Of a stretch of 64,000 nt of DNA, positions 19,507 to 29,468 are shown in pieces. The position numbers and the translations under genes are program-made. The notes below the pieces were generated by a model. The model ran no database searches. It had not been told where the DNA came from and saw only the letters and a program-made list of their open reading frames with translations. Position 1 is the stretch's first letter, and every line of letters starts with the position of its first letter. The stretch comes from Candidatus Cloacimonadales bacterium (GTDB taxonomy: Bacteria; Cloacimonadota; Cloacimonadia; Cloacimonadales; JAFGVF01): the NCBI GenBank assembly GCA_963678315.1, contig OY782781.1, forward strand, positions 576,001-640,000. The letters are read 5' to 3'.

Positions 19507-19522
19507 TGCAATCTTAGGACCA
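19507..19522 (-). promoter_or_regulatory. sigma54 (-24/-12) promoter for the LamG gene
   Basis: Minus strand reads TGGTCCTAAGATTGCA (GG-N10-GC), adjacent to an enhancer-binding protein gene. Confidence 0.7.
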
Positions 19523-19759
19523 CTATTCATACTAAACAGAAAAAACCACAAAGTGTTTATTTACAAATAAATACTGTCTCGATTTATATATTTCTATTCT
19601 GAGTTTTCATGATTTACCTGAAAATGAAAAGTTGATGATGAAAATAAATATTATATTGATAATTCACAAACATGAAATCACCAAAAACTAATTTACAAAA
19701 GACATAATATATAAGGATATTAATTGTTAACTTCAATTGATTATGAAGGTTGATTTAGT

Positions 19760-21994
19760 TTAAACTCTTTTTTTTTGTTGAGTATTTGTATATGCTTCTA
19801 GTCCAAATTTTTCTATTCTTCTAGTCATAGTGCTATTACTAAATTTCATGATTTTCGCAGCATCTTTACGAATACCATTGCATGAAATCAAAGCTTTGAT
19901 AATCATTTCTTTTTCATTTGAACCTTGATTTTTATTTATATCCTTTGTTGTGATATTTAAATTACAAAGACTGTCCAAAAAGTCTGCATCCCAAGTAGTT
20001 TTATCCCCTATTATTATGAGCTTTTCAATGATGTTTCTTAGTTCTCTAACATTACCTGGGAAACTGTATTCCTGTAATCGATTGATGAACGAAGATTTAA
20101 TAGTAGGAATCTTCCAATGGCAGTCTTTACAAAATAGCTTTGTGAAGTGTTCTACTAGAACGGGAATGTCATCTTTTCTTTCTCTAAGAGGAGGTATAAC
20201 AATTTCAATAGTGTTTATTCTATAAAAGAGGTCCAACCTGAATAAATCATTTTCAATTAGATTACTAATAGCCTTGTTGCTAGATGATATTATCCTAACA
20301 TCAAAAGCAATTTCGTTTGTAGAACCCACAGGAATTACTTTCCTGCTCTCTAATACTCTTAATAATTTTGATTGAAACTCGATCGGTATTTCAGTAATTT
20401 CGTCAATAAACATAGTTCCTGTGTGAGCTTGTAAAAAGAATCCTTTTTCGCTAGCAATTGCGCCAGTATAAGATCCTTTTTTGTGTCCGAATAACTCACT
20501 TTCCATCAAACTTGACGAAATAGCTGCAGCGTTGATAGGAATAAAAGGGTTATCTTTTCTGCAACTGAAGTTATGAATTAGATTAGCTAAGACTTCCTTA
20601 CCTGTGCCAGATTCTCCTCTAATTAAGACATTAACATTATTATGCTTAGCGACTTTCATAGCGAGATTCAAGACCTTGTGAGTAGCCTTACTGACTCCCA
20701 CAAATTCACTATTAGAAAACATTCTTTCATCTTTATTTGATTTTGTTAAATCTTCTATTCTATTACACTCTAGGGGTTTCTTTAAAGAATCTTTTTTTAT
20801 TTCTTCTATTTGTTTATATAAGTCAGCTTGATTTTTCTTCATTATTTTTATACATCTAGAGAAATCTTTCTTAGCTTCAAATACCTTCGCTAAGGTATCT
20901 CTAACTTTAAAAATATAGTTCTTAAGCTTGTACTTCTGACATTTTTCCAAACAGTTAAGTAATATTTTCTCGGCATGTTCATATTTCTTTAAATCTATTA
21001 ACATTCTTGCAAAATTAAAATTAATTTCTTGATCAGCTATTCTATCACCTAATTTATCAGCTATAAAAGTTGCTTTCTCCATGTATTCCAATGCTATATC
21101 AATATTACTACTTAAAGCATGAACAACAGCATAATTATTATATAAATCCATGAAGAATTCTGCAGCATCAAAATCTTTTTCCTTAGCAAGTTCCCTACAC
21201 TTATCCAAATAAACTAAACTTTCTTGTAAATCACTACTCTTTAATTTCATAACTGCTAGGTCAAAAAGAATTTGTATTCTTTGAATATCTAAGTGAAGTT
21301 GCATACTTAAATCTAAAACTTGTAACAATACTTGTTCAGCATCTGTAAATTGCTTTAACTCCATCAGAACATTCGCTATAGTCTTTTTTATTACAAGATT
21401 AAATTGATTGTTGTTTTCTTTATCACAAATTACTTGAGCCTTATACAAATACTGTAAGGAAAGCTGATACTTTTGAGCAGCAATATTAATATTGGCTAAA
21501 GATAGAAGGGATTGAAGTTTAATCTCCCCATGTTTATCATCACATAATATTTCTTGAACTTGTAGGTGACGGTTTTCTGCTAGATTTAGTTTATGCTGTG
21601 CAAAATAGTAATCGCCTTGATATGCCAAACAAGCTGCTAAAAGTAAGCTATCTTTGGCTTGTCTTGCATATTCTTCCCCTTTCTGTAGATAAAACAAAGA
21701 TTTCTTAAAATCTTTTGGATAACATAGACTTAACATTAGATTACTATGGACTAAGAAAAAGTAATTCTTCGGTAAAACAGCATCATTGATAAGATTATTT
21801 AAAATTGATTCAGCAAAATTGTAGCGACCTATCTTTACATAAGCATATGCTTCTATAAATAAAAAGTGTTTTTCCTCTAGTTCTTTAAAGTTCTTTCGAT
21901 ATTGGTTAATCTGCTGCAAAAACTCAACAGGGTTTTTATGACAAATATCTCGTAGGCTACTAAATTTATTTTCAACTAACTCTTTATAATTCAT
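19760..21994 (-). CDS. sigma54-dependent enhancer-binding protein with N-terminal TPR-like region
   Basis: GESGTGKE, ESELFGHKKGSYTGA, FIDEI, FRLDLFYR, FPGNVREL, C-terminal Fis-type HTH. Confidence 0.92.
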   Translation of the reverse strand: MNYKELVENKFSSLRDICHKNPVEFLQQINQYRKNFKELEEKHFLFIEAYAYVKIGRYNFAESILNNLINDAVLPKNYFFLVHSNLMLSLCYPKDFKKSLFYLQKGEEYARQAKDSLLLAACLAYQGDYYFAQHKLNLAENRHLQVQEILCDDKHGEIKLQSLLSLANINIAAQKYQLSLQYLYKAQVICDKENNNQFNLVIKKTIANVLMELKQFTDAEQVLLQVLDLSMQLHLDIQRIQILFDLAVMKLKSSDLQESLVYLDKCRELAKEKDFDAAEFFMDLYNNYAVVHALSSNIDIALEYMEKATFIADKLGDRIADQEINFNFARMLIDLKKYEHAEKILLNCLEKCQKYKLKNYIFKVRDTLAKVFEAKKDFSRCIKIMKKNQADLYKQIEEIKKDSLKKPLECNRIEDLTKSNKDERMFSNSEFVGVSKATHKVLNLAMKVAKHNNVNVLIRGESGTGKEVLANLIHNFSCRKDNPFIPINAAAISSSLMESELFGHKKGSYTGAIASEKGFFLQAHTGTMFIDEITEIPIEFQSKLLRVLESRKVIPVGSTNEIAFDVRIISSSNKAISNLIENDLFRLDLFYRINTIEIVIPPLRERKDDIPVLVEHFTKLFCKDCHWKIPTIKSSFINRLQEYSFPGNVRELRNIIEKLIIIGDKTTWDADFLDSLCNLNITTKDINKNQGSNEKEMIIKALISCNGIRKDAAKIMKFSNSTMTRRIEKFGLEAYTNTQQKKRV

Positions 21995-22212
21995 TTCATG
22001 ATGTCCATAGGTTATTTTATTTTTTGAAGAATAGTAGATAAGATTAAAATGTCAATATTTTTATAGAGATTGAAAGCATGATTATTCAAATCAGTTATGA
22101 AAATACGACATTTTTAAATTATTAGTTAATGAAACTTTATATCATTTTAAAAAGAGCCCTAATAATATTAAGGCTCTATAATACTTAATAATAATAAAGA
22201 CAGTTATATAAC

Positions 22213-22917
22213 TTATTTTCCCCAATACTCACTTTCAGGATATTTCTTTTTAAGTTTATTTTTCATATCTGTGCAGTCTTTTTTGTTTGCTTTATAAAGT
22301 TTAAGTTTCAAGAAGCTTTCTTCTTCTGATGAGAATTCTTCCTCAGGATCTTCGATGTCTTTACCTTTGTAGCCCATACCTCTTTCAAAAGTTTTGAGGG
22401 CTTCTGCATATTTTTCTAGTTTGTATTGAGTTTTAGCTAACCATAGGTAAGCATCATAATGTTCAATTCTAGTTTCGATTGCTTTAAAGAGAGCTTTTTC
22501 TGCACTTTCATAGTCTTCCAAGTTGTAGTATGCTTCCCCTTTGTGTCTCCATGGACATGACCAATTCGGTGCTTGTTCATTTAAAGCATTATAGTGAGCT
22601 ATACTTTCTTCATATTCGCCAAGTTCTAGAAGCATGTTTGCTAACTGAAAGCGTTGACCAGCTTGTAGTTTATCTGCATTTTGATTAAGGTTGTTAATCA
22701 TTTTCATTGCTTCATAGAAGTGAACATACATAAGATTCATTTTTGCATTGATGTCTTCTTTATCACTGTCTAAAGTTTTGTGAGAATCCTGAATTAATGT
22801 TTCAATATTCTCTTGTGTTGGATTATCAAAGTAATCCTTAATAGTAACTTTTCCATCTGCTGCAAATAGACTAATACTTGCCATTAATAACGTAATTATA
22901 CATATAATTTTCATCAA
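22213..22917 (-). CDS. Exported tetratricopeptide-repeat protein
   Basis: Signal peptide and three TPR-like helical pairs. Confidence 0.75.
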   Translation of the reverse strand: MMKIICIITLLMASISLFAADGKVTIKDYFDNPTQENIETLIQDSHKTLDSDKEDINAKMNLMYVHFYEAMKMINNLNQNADKLQAGQRFQLANMLLELGEYEESIAHYNALNEQAPNWSCPWRHKGEAYYNLEDYESAEKALFKAIETRIEHYDAYLWLAKTQYKLEKYAEALKTFERGMGYKGKDIEDPEEEFSSEEESFLKLKLYKANKKDCTDMKNKLKKKYPESEYWGK

Positions 22918-23064
22918 TAACTCCCAATTTTTCTTTAGTAAACAAATATTTTACATCTGTTAAAAGTTTGTCAAAAGATAAATCTATCTAAATTGTTCTA
23001 AATGGGTAACATGAATATGGTTACTGTTCATTTGTTATCCAATCTCCCAGTGGTTAAAACAATC

Positions 23065-23353
23065 CTCCTACCTAATCACCCAGGGTTAAAACCCAGGGCT
23101 CTTCTATGATTAACCCTTACAGCGTAAGGAATGTAATGTCCCTTGGGGACATATCTCCTCTGAGCCCATGATTTCAATCGTGGGTGAAATAATTATTGAA
23201 TCATGCTCCTACCTAATCACCCAGGGTTAAAACCCAGGGCTCTTCTATGATTAACCCTTACAGGGTAAGGAACGTAATGTCCCTTGGGGACATATCTCCT
23301 CTGAGCCCATGATTTCAATCGTGGGTGAAAACAATGGTGGATTATTTTTTTAA
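23065..23353 (+). repeat. Left array: 2 x 141-bp hairpin-doublet unit plus tail
   Basis: Units start at 23065 and 23206 and are near-identical. Confidence 0.95.
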
Positions 23354-23365
23354 ACAATAGGTGAT

Positions 23366-23818
23366 TCAATCCCAAAGGTATTTTTCATTATATTTAACAT
23401 TGTATTTGCGTAAAAATGTTAATAGCTCATTTTGATAAGATACAGTCGTATGGTGGATTTTTTGATTATCAATATAATTTATAATTATATCAATGTCCTG
23501 AGGTCTAATTGAGAAAGCACCATATCCGCTTTGCCAGTGGAAGTTGCTTGATGTGAATTTATTATCATTAACCCATTTTGATGAAGCACCTTTTAATAGT
23601 TGCATGAAATTGGATAATGCATAGTTTTTGGATAACTCACACAGAATGTGAATGTGATCAGTATAGCCACCTATTTTTAGAACTGTAGAATCTGTAGAGT
23701 TAATAATTTTGCTAAGATAATTATAAAGTTTATAATCAAAATCTTCGGTAATAATATTTTCTCTCTTTTTTGTACTAAACACAATATGTATATAGTTTTT
23801 TACAAGTGAATGAGCCAT
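23366..23818 (-). mobile_element. tnpA: IS200/IS605-family Y1 (HUH) transposase, stand-alone, no tnpB
   Basis: HIVFSTK, DHIH (HUH), KGASS, WQSGY and YIDNQ (catalytic Tyr). AAGGAGG RBS and TTGACA upstream. Confidence 0.92.
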
Positions 23819-23877
23819 TTAACCCTCCTTTAACTATCTATGCCTTCCACTAGCACATTATTTTGTCAAGCATTTTG

Positions 23878-24295
23878 TCACCCAGGGTTAAAACCCAGGG
23901 CTCTTCTATGATTAACCCTTACAGGGTAAGGAACGTAATGTCCCTTGGGGACATATCTCCTCTGAGCCCATGATTTCAATCGTGGGTGAAATAATTATTG
24001 AATCATGCTCCTATCCAATCACCCAGGGTTAAAACCCAGGGCTCTTTTGTGATTAACCCTTACAGGGTAAAGAATGTAATGCCCTTGGGGACATATCTCC
24101 TCTGAGCCCATGATTTCAATCGTGGGTGAAATAATTATTGAATCATGCTCCTACCTAATCACCCAGGGTTAAAACCCAGGGCTCTTCTATGATTAACCCT
24201 TACAGGGTAAGGAATGTAATGTCCCTTGGGGACATATCTCTTCAGAGCCCATGATTTCAATCGTGGGTGAAAACAATGGTGGATTATTGTTTAAA
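23878..24295 (+). repeat. Right array: 3 x ~141-bp hairpin-doublet unit plus the same tail
   Basis: TCACCCAGGG at 23878, 24019 and 24159; same orientation as the left array. Confidence 0.95.
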
Positions 24296-24369
24296 GAATA
24301 AATGGAACTAATTAATTTATCGCTTGCATATTATCCTTGATATTTTATTTTGTATAAAAGGAATAAAGA

Positions 24370-26076
24370 ATGATTAAAAGAATAAATATAATAATTTCAC
24401 TGCTTGTAATATGTTTCCTTGCAAGAGCTTCTGATTGGACAATTTTAGTTTATATGGCTGCGGACAATGGTTTATATGAATATGCTCTTCAAGATATAGA
24501 GCAGATGGAAGAATCTCAATTAGCCAATAACACTGACATTATAGTGCAGATTGATGGAGCTGAGTGGTCTGATAATCCTTTAGCCTATCGCTATAAGATT
24601 GGTTATCATCCTGAAGAGGGTATTCAATCAAGGCGAATATCAAGCTTAGGTGAAATAGATTCAGGTGATTACAAGACCCTAAAATCCTTTATAGATTGGG
24701 GATTCGATAAATATTCTTCATCAAAGAAAGCACTTGTAGTGTGGTCACATGGAGATGGCTGGGTAAAAGGAGACTCTTCTCAAGAAAAGTACATAGCTCC
24801 TGATTATGAGTCTGACTCTTTCATTAGCATGTCACTTCATCAAATGCAGAAGGCTCTGGCTTCTAATCCGGTTGATATCCTAATCTATGATGCTTGTACT
24901 TTGCAGAGCATAGAGAATCTTTCCGAACTACAGGGTAAAGCCGACTATATAATAGGCTCTGAAGAAACAGTTGCTGCAACAGGTTTCCCTTATAATGATA
25001 TGTTTGATTACTGGCATCAAGAATCATCTATTGATTCTCTGGCTATTAATATTCCTTTGATTTATGTTGATTCTTACAGACCTGGTAACTCTCAAAACAG
25101 TGGCTTAAGTCTAATGAAAAGCACTTGTTCAACTGCTAAGATGGCTAATTGGTCTAACTTGGAAGAAGAGATAGTTGCTTACTTCCAGAAATGGTCTAGT
25201 AATCCAGACTTATTTATTGAAGCTCGTCAGAAAATCTTTGAATTTAATCACTTAGAAATGGATGTAGATATCATGGAACTACTCCAATATGTGCAAGCTA
25301 ACACTGACAATAGTCTTTTAGCTGATGATACATCTAAGTTACTAGAAAGTCTTTTTTCTGTCTTTATTTCTTACGACTCAGCAGCCTTTGGTTATAAAGT
25401 AGGAACTGCAACAATTTGGTTTCCTGATAGCAAGTATAAACTTGAATCTATGTGGGGCATTTATAGTGAACTGGACTTTGCTCAAACAAGTTATCCCTAC
25501 TTCTTAAATCAGTTTATTAGTCCAGATGAAATAGCTCCTCTTGCTTTTGAAATTCAATCTGCTAACCTTATTAATGAAACACTTTATCTTGAATGGGATA
25601 TGAGGAATGATCCTGATACTCTGCGTTATGATGTTGTCCTTGAATTTGCAGATAATTCTTCCTATACAGAAAGTAATATTCTTAGCAACAATGCTTCCAT
25701 ACCTGTTATTCAAGATGGTCAAGTCTATATTATCGCCAAAGATAAGTCAGATAATCGTGTTGTAACAGAGACAGTCTCATTCGAATATAAGCAATCAAAT
25801 AGTAGCATTTATATAGCACCGAATCCAGTAGATGATTTATCTCAAGCTAGACTAGTTTTCTATTTACCTGAAAGAATTAATGATCTAGCAAAAGTTAATA
25901 TCTACTCTATTTCAGGTAAAAAGATTGTATCAAAAGTAATTGAATTAGCTGATAGCAATGAGTACAGCATAGACTTAAATAGGCTTATTAAGAAGAATCT
26001 TGCATCTGGAATTTATTATTGCAAAGTTCAGAATAGTGGAAAAGTATTTTCCTTCAAATTTGCTGTTCAAAAATAA
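24370..26076 (+). CDS. Secreted clostripain-family (C11) cysteine peptidase with CTD
   Basis: WTILVYMAADN, WSHGDGW (His), YDAC (Cys), GSEE; APNP..SGIYY CTD. Confidence 0.88.
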   Translation: MIKRINIIISLLVICFLARASDWTILVYMAADNGLYEYALQDIEQMEESQLANNTDIIVQIDGAEWSDNPLAYRYKIGYHPEEGIQSRRISSLGEIDSGDYKTLKSFIDWGFDKYSSSKKALVVWSHGDGWVKGDSSQEKYIAPDYESDSFISMSLHQMQKALASNPVDILIYDACTLQSIENLSELQGKADYIIGSEETVAATGFPYNDMFDYWHQESSIDSLAINIPLIYVDSYRPGNSQNSGLSLMKSTCSTAKMANWSNLEEEIVAYFQKWSSNPDLFIEARQKIFEFNHLEMDVDIMELLQYVQANTDNSLLADDTSKLLESLFSVFISYDSAAFGYKVGTATIWFPDSKYKLESMWGIYSELDFAQTSYPYFLNQFISPDEIAPLAFEIQSANLINETLYLEWDMRNDPDTLRYDVVLEFADNSSYTESNILSNNASIPVIQDGQVYIIAKDKSDNRVVTETVSFEYKQSNSSIYIAPNPVDDLSQARLVFYLPERINDLAKVNIYSISGKKIVSKVIELADSNEYSIDLNRLIKKNLASGIYYCKVQNSGKVFSFKFAVQK

Positions 26077-26210
26077 ATAATTATTAAGTAATAATAAATT
26101 TTTTCATTGAGTATTTTTTGCTACTACAAATTTACATTTCAAGTAAAATTCTGTAACTGCCTGTTTTTTCAGTAGATTTAAGATTTCTTCATAGAGACTT
26201 AACATTCAAA

Positions 26211-26386
26211 TGTGGAAAACTCATTCCCTAAGAGGTGTAAATATGCTAAAAATAAGTATATATGCTAGTTTTCTGTATTGTGCATAACTTGTGGGTAACT
26301 TTTGTGGATAATAAATATTGATAACGTAATCTATTTATATATAATGTCTTAGAGATGTGGATAAATTGTTTCACCCTTGTGTATAA
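26211..26386 (-). promoter_or_regulatory. Cluster of six co-oriented DnaA boxes (oriC- or datA-like)
   Basis: TGTGGATAA at 26303 and 26356; TGTGCATAA 26279; TGTGTATAA 26378; TGTGGGTAA 26290; TGTGGAAAA 26211. Confidence 0.7.
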
Positions 26387-26443
26387 GTGATAATTAAAGC
26401 CAGATGAAGTATTAGCTTTGACGAAAATGTGCAGATTCTGTCT

Positions 26444-26875
26444 AATCAGTGCTTTCTGTGTTCTATTAACATGGGTTGCAAGCAAGAGTCTTCGCCTGTC
26501 ATAGTCTCTCCTTGCGATTAAGACGTTTTGCCAAACGTCTCTACAAATTCACTTATAACTGCGTTCTAAGTGAAGCCAGCACGGAGGCTGGCGATCCCAG
26601 TGTTTAGCCGGCTAGCAGCCGAGCGTTCTAAGTGAAGCCAGCACGGAGGCTGGCGTTCCCAGTAAGAGCCGGCTAGCAGCCGAGCGTTCCCAGTGTTTAG
26701 CCAGCCAGCTAGCAGCCGAGCGTTCCCAGTAAGAGCCGGCTATCCGGCAGCAGCCGGACTAAAGGCAAAGCGTTCCCAGTAACTCACTCCTAACTCCATC
26801 CTTAAGGGTCTCCTTGAAAAATCGGCTTTTTTTCAAGGTGGCAAGTAAGGACGACCTTATAATCAATTGATAAAA
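26444..26875 (-). repeat. Mosaic REP-like element, copy E2 (inverted)
   Basis: Reverse complement has the same head, about seven CT(G/T)RGAWCGC modules, a GTAGAGACG hairpin, a GCAAG..CTTGC module and the E1 tail. Confidence 0.9.
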
Positions 26876-26962
26876 GCTTTCTACCCTAGATTAATTTTGT
26901 AATCTAACTGTTTGTATCACTGACCATTAAAGCAATCAGTAGAATAAAATAATAAATATTCT

Positions 26963-27220
26963 TTATCCAAGCTTTATCTTTTTAACAGAACCATTATTTA
27001 GTTTAAGGGCAATTTTACCCTTTATTCTATACCAATAGCCTAGTTCTTTATGGCAATTAGGACAGGTTATTTTTGTTAGAAGTTCCACCTTATCTATCTC
27101 AATGGAGCTATCCAGAATATTATCTCTAAAGCATTTTATTAGGCTTCCTGATCCTTTCTTCTTGTACTTAAATATTAACTGTCCACAATTACATTTTACA
27201 TCTAGAACTTTGCTCTTCAT
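26963..27220 (-). CDS. Small basic Cys-rich (zinc-ribbon-like) hypothetical protein
   Basis: CNCG and CPNC motifs; start abuts the recG stop. Confidence 0.65.
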   Translation of the reverse strand: MKSKVLDVKCNCGQLIFKYKKKGSGSLIKCFRDNILDSSIEIDKVELLTKITCPNCHKELGYWYRIKGKIALKLNNGSVKKIKLG

Positions 27221-29299
27221 TTAATATCTCACAAGCTGTTCTTTCCACATGTAGTGCTTTACGTAATAATCCCTAATCAGCCTATTCTTTTCATCTTCTA
27301 AGTGAGGGTCATCTTCAAGAATCTTAAAAGCAATCTTACGAGCTGTATTGAGTATTTGCTGGTCCTTGATTATGTTAGCAAACTTGAAGTTAGGCAAACC
27401 AGATTGTTCTGTTCCAAAGAAATCTCCAGGTCCTCTAATTTCTAAATCTTTCTCAGCAATAACAAAGCCATCACTAGTTGAGATCATGGTTTGTAATCTC
27501 TCTCTTCCCTCAGTAGAAATTGGAGGATAAGCTATCAAGTAGCAATAAGCTTGTTCAGCACCTCTGCCCACTCTACCTCGCAATTGGTGTAGCTGACTGA
27601 GTCCAAACCTTTCAGCATGCTCGATCATCATGACAGAAGCATTAGCTACATCTACACCAACTTCTATAACAGTCGTTGAAACTAGAATATCATGTTCATG
27701 CCTTTTAAACTGGAGCATTATCTCATCTTTCTCAGCAGATTTCATTTTACCATGCAAGAGGGCAATTCTATAATTTGTGAAAATAGCTGTTGTGAGTTCT
27801 TGGTATAAAGTCTCAGCATCAAGTAAATCAAGCTTATCAGATTCTTCAACCAAGGGACAAACAATATAGGCTTGTCTACCTGCTTCAAGTTCTTTTCTAA
27901 TTTCTCCATAGACGTATGGTTTCTTGCTCTCAGCATGCCAATGAGTATGCACTTCTTTCCTAGTTGGAGGAAGTTGGTCTATTTGGGAGACTTCTAGGTC
28001 GCCGTAGACAGTCAAGGCTAAGGAACGAGGAATAGGAGTTGCAGAAAGATAGAGCATATCCGGAAAGTTCATCTTTTGAGAAAGTTTTGCACGTTGCTCA
28101 ACTCCAAATCTATGCTGTTCATCTACTGCCATAAAGCCTGGTTTATTGAATATAATATCATCTTGAATCAAAGCATGAGTTCCGATTATAACTTGATAAT
28201 CGCCATTGGCTATTCCCTCTTTTACTCCTTTCTTCCCCTTATAACTTCCACCTTTGAGAATACAAACATTTATCTCTTCTTGATCTTTTAAGTATTTAGA
28301 AATACTTTCATAATGTTGTTCTGCTAGTATCTCAGTTGGAACCATCATAATAGCTTGGTAACCATTTTCTATAGCTATTAGCATAGCAAAGAGTGTAACA
28401 ATTGTTTTACCTGAACCCACATCTCCTTGGATAAGCCTGTTCATCTGCTTTTCAGAACACATATCTTGCACTATCTCGTTGATTACACGTTTCTGGGCTT
28501 TGGTTAATTCAAAAGGTAAAGATTCTTTTAATTTACTGGTATAGGTGTGAAATAGCTTAAATTTTAAGCCTTGAACAATTCTATCATGTCTGAACTTTAA
28601 TCTACCAGTTAAGAGCTGAGTATAGAAGAGCTCTTCGAAAGAAAAACGCTTCCTTGCTTTCTCTGCTTTCTTCTCTTCTGTAGCGAAGTGCATGACTTGT
28701 AGAGCTGTCTTTCTTGCCGGTAGCTTTAGTAAATTAAGAATTGATTCAGGTAGATTCTCTTCAATAAGGTTTGCGCATTCTGAAAAACATTGCACCATTG
28801 CTGTGCGGATAATCTTATTGGTGATAGTCCCTGTAAGTTTATATACTGGTAAGAGTGGCCTCTTCCTCCAGAAGTCGTTATCAGAAGCCTCCCCTTCGAT
28901 AATTTCCCAATCTGGATGAACAATCTGATAGCTTTCCATGAAGAGCGATACAGGTCCACTTACCCAAACAGTCTTGCCTACTAACATCTGGCTAGTAACA
29001 AACTTACCATAACGAAACCAAATGCACATTAAGGAATCTGTACCATCAGAGATAACAACATGAAGCTTCTTCTTATCTCGACCATAACCCTTCTCATAGA
29101 CATCGATAATAGTTCCAACTAGGGCAACGGTAGTATTGTTCTCGATTAAAGCAATGGGAACATTCGTCCTTCGGTCTATATAGGTTCTGGGGAAGTATTC
29201 CATTAAGTCTAAAACAGTCTCAATATCAACCTTCATCAGCTGTTTAGCTCTGAATTCACCCATTCCTTTTAAATACTTAATATTATCATCTAGTTTCAA
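27221..29299 (-). CDS. recG: ATP-dependent DNA helicase RecG
   Basis: QGDVGSGKT, DEQHRFG, SATPIPR, QLHQLRGRVGRG, RGPG..GTEQSG; TTG start. Confidence 0.97.
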   Translation of the reverse strand: MKLDDNIKYLKGMGEFRAKQLMKVDIETVLDLMEYFPRTYIDRRTNVPIALIENNTTVALVGTIIDVYEKGYGRDKKKLHVVISDGTDSLMCIWFRYGKFVTSQMLVGKTVWVSGPVSLFMESYQIVHPDWEIIEGEASDNDFWRKRPLLPVYKLTGTITNKIIRTAMVQCFSECANLIEENLPESILNLLKLPARKTALQVMHFATEEKKAEKARKRFSFEELFYTQLLTGRLKFRHDRIVQGLKFKLFHTYTSKLKESLPFELTKAQKRVINEIVQDMCSEKQMNRLIQGDVGSGKTIVTLFAMLIAIENGYQAIMMVPTEILAEQHYESISKYLKDQEEINVCILKGGSYKGKKGVKEGIANGDYQVIIGTHALIQDDIIFNKPGFMAVDEQHRFGVEQRAKLSQKMNFPDMLYLSATPIPRSLALTVYGDLEVSQIDQLPPTRKEVHTHWHAESKKPYVYGEIRKELEAGRQAYIVCPLVEESDKLDLLDAETLYQELTTAIFTNYRIALLHGKMKSAEKDEIMLQFKRHEHDILVSTTVIEVGVDVANASVMMIEHAERFGLSQLHQLRGRVGRGAEQAYCYLIAYPPISTEGRERLQTMISTSDGFVIAEKDLEIRGPGDFFGTEQSGLPNFKFANIIKDQQILNTARKIAFKILEDDPHLEDEKNRLIRDYYVKHYMWKEQLVRY

Positions 29300-29414
29300 A
29301 ATTACCTTACCTTAAAAGAATATCATTTATTAAGTACCAATTATTATTTCTTGATTAAAGTTGTCTATAAATTTAAATCTACTAAACTATTTTATTGATA
29401 ATTTGAATCTGTGT

Positions 29415-29450
29415 AAAGAAGAAGAGTACCCTTATTAAGAGTACTCTTCT
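29415..29450 (-). terminator. Intrinsic terminator
   Basis: AGAAGAGTAC/GTACTCTTCT stem. Confidence 0.65.
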
Positions 29451-29468
29451 AAATTTATAAGATAGTTA

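Noticed and set aside
23065..24295. CRISPR array, or an IS605 element with tnpB/omegaRNA
   Set aside because: The 141-bp units are near-identical throughout with no variable spacer, and there is no TnpB/IscB ORF adjacent.
26246..26485. 79-aa ORF on the minus strand
   Set aside because: It overlaps the DnaA-box cluster and the repeat tail, has no RBS and no recognisable motif.
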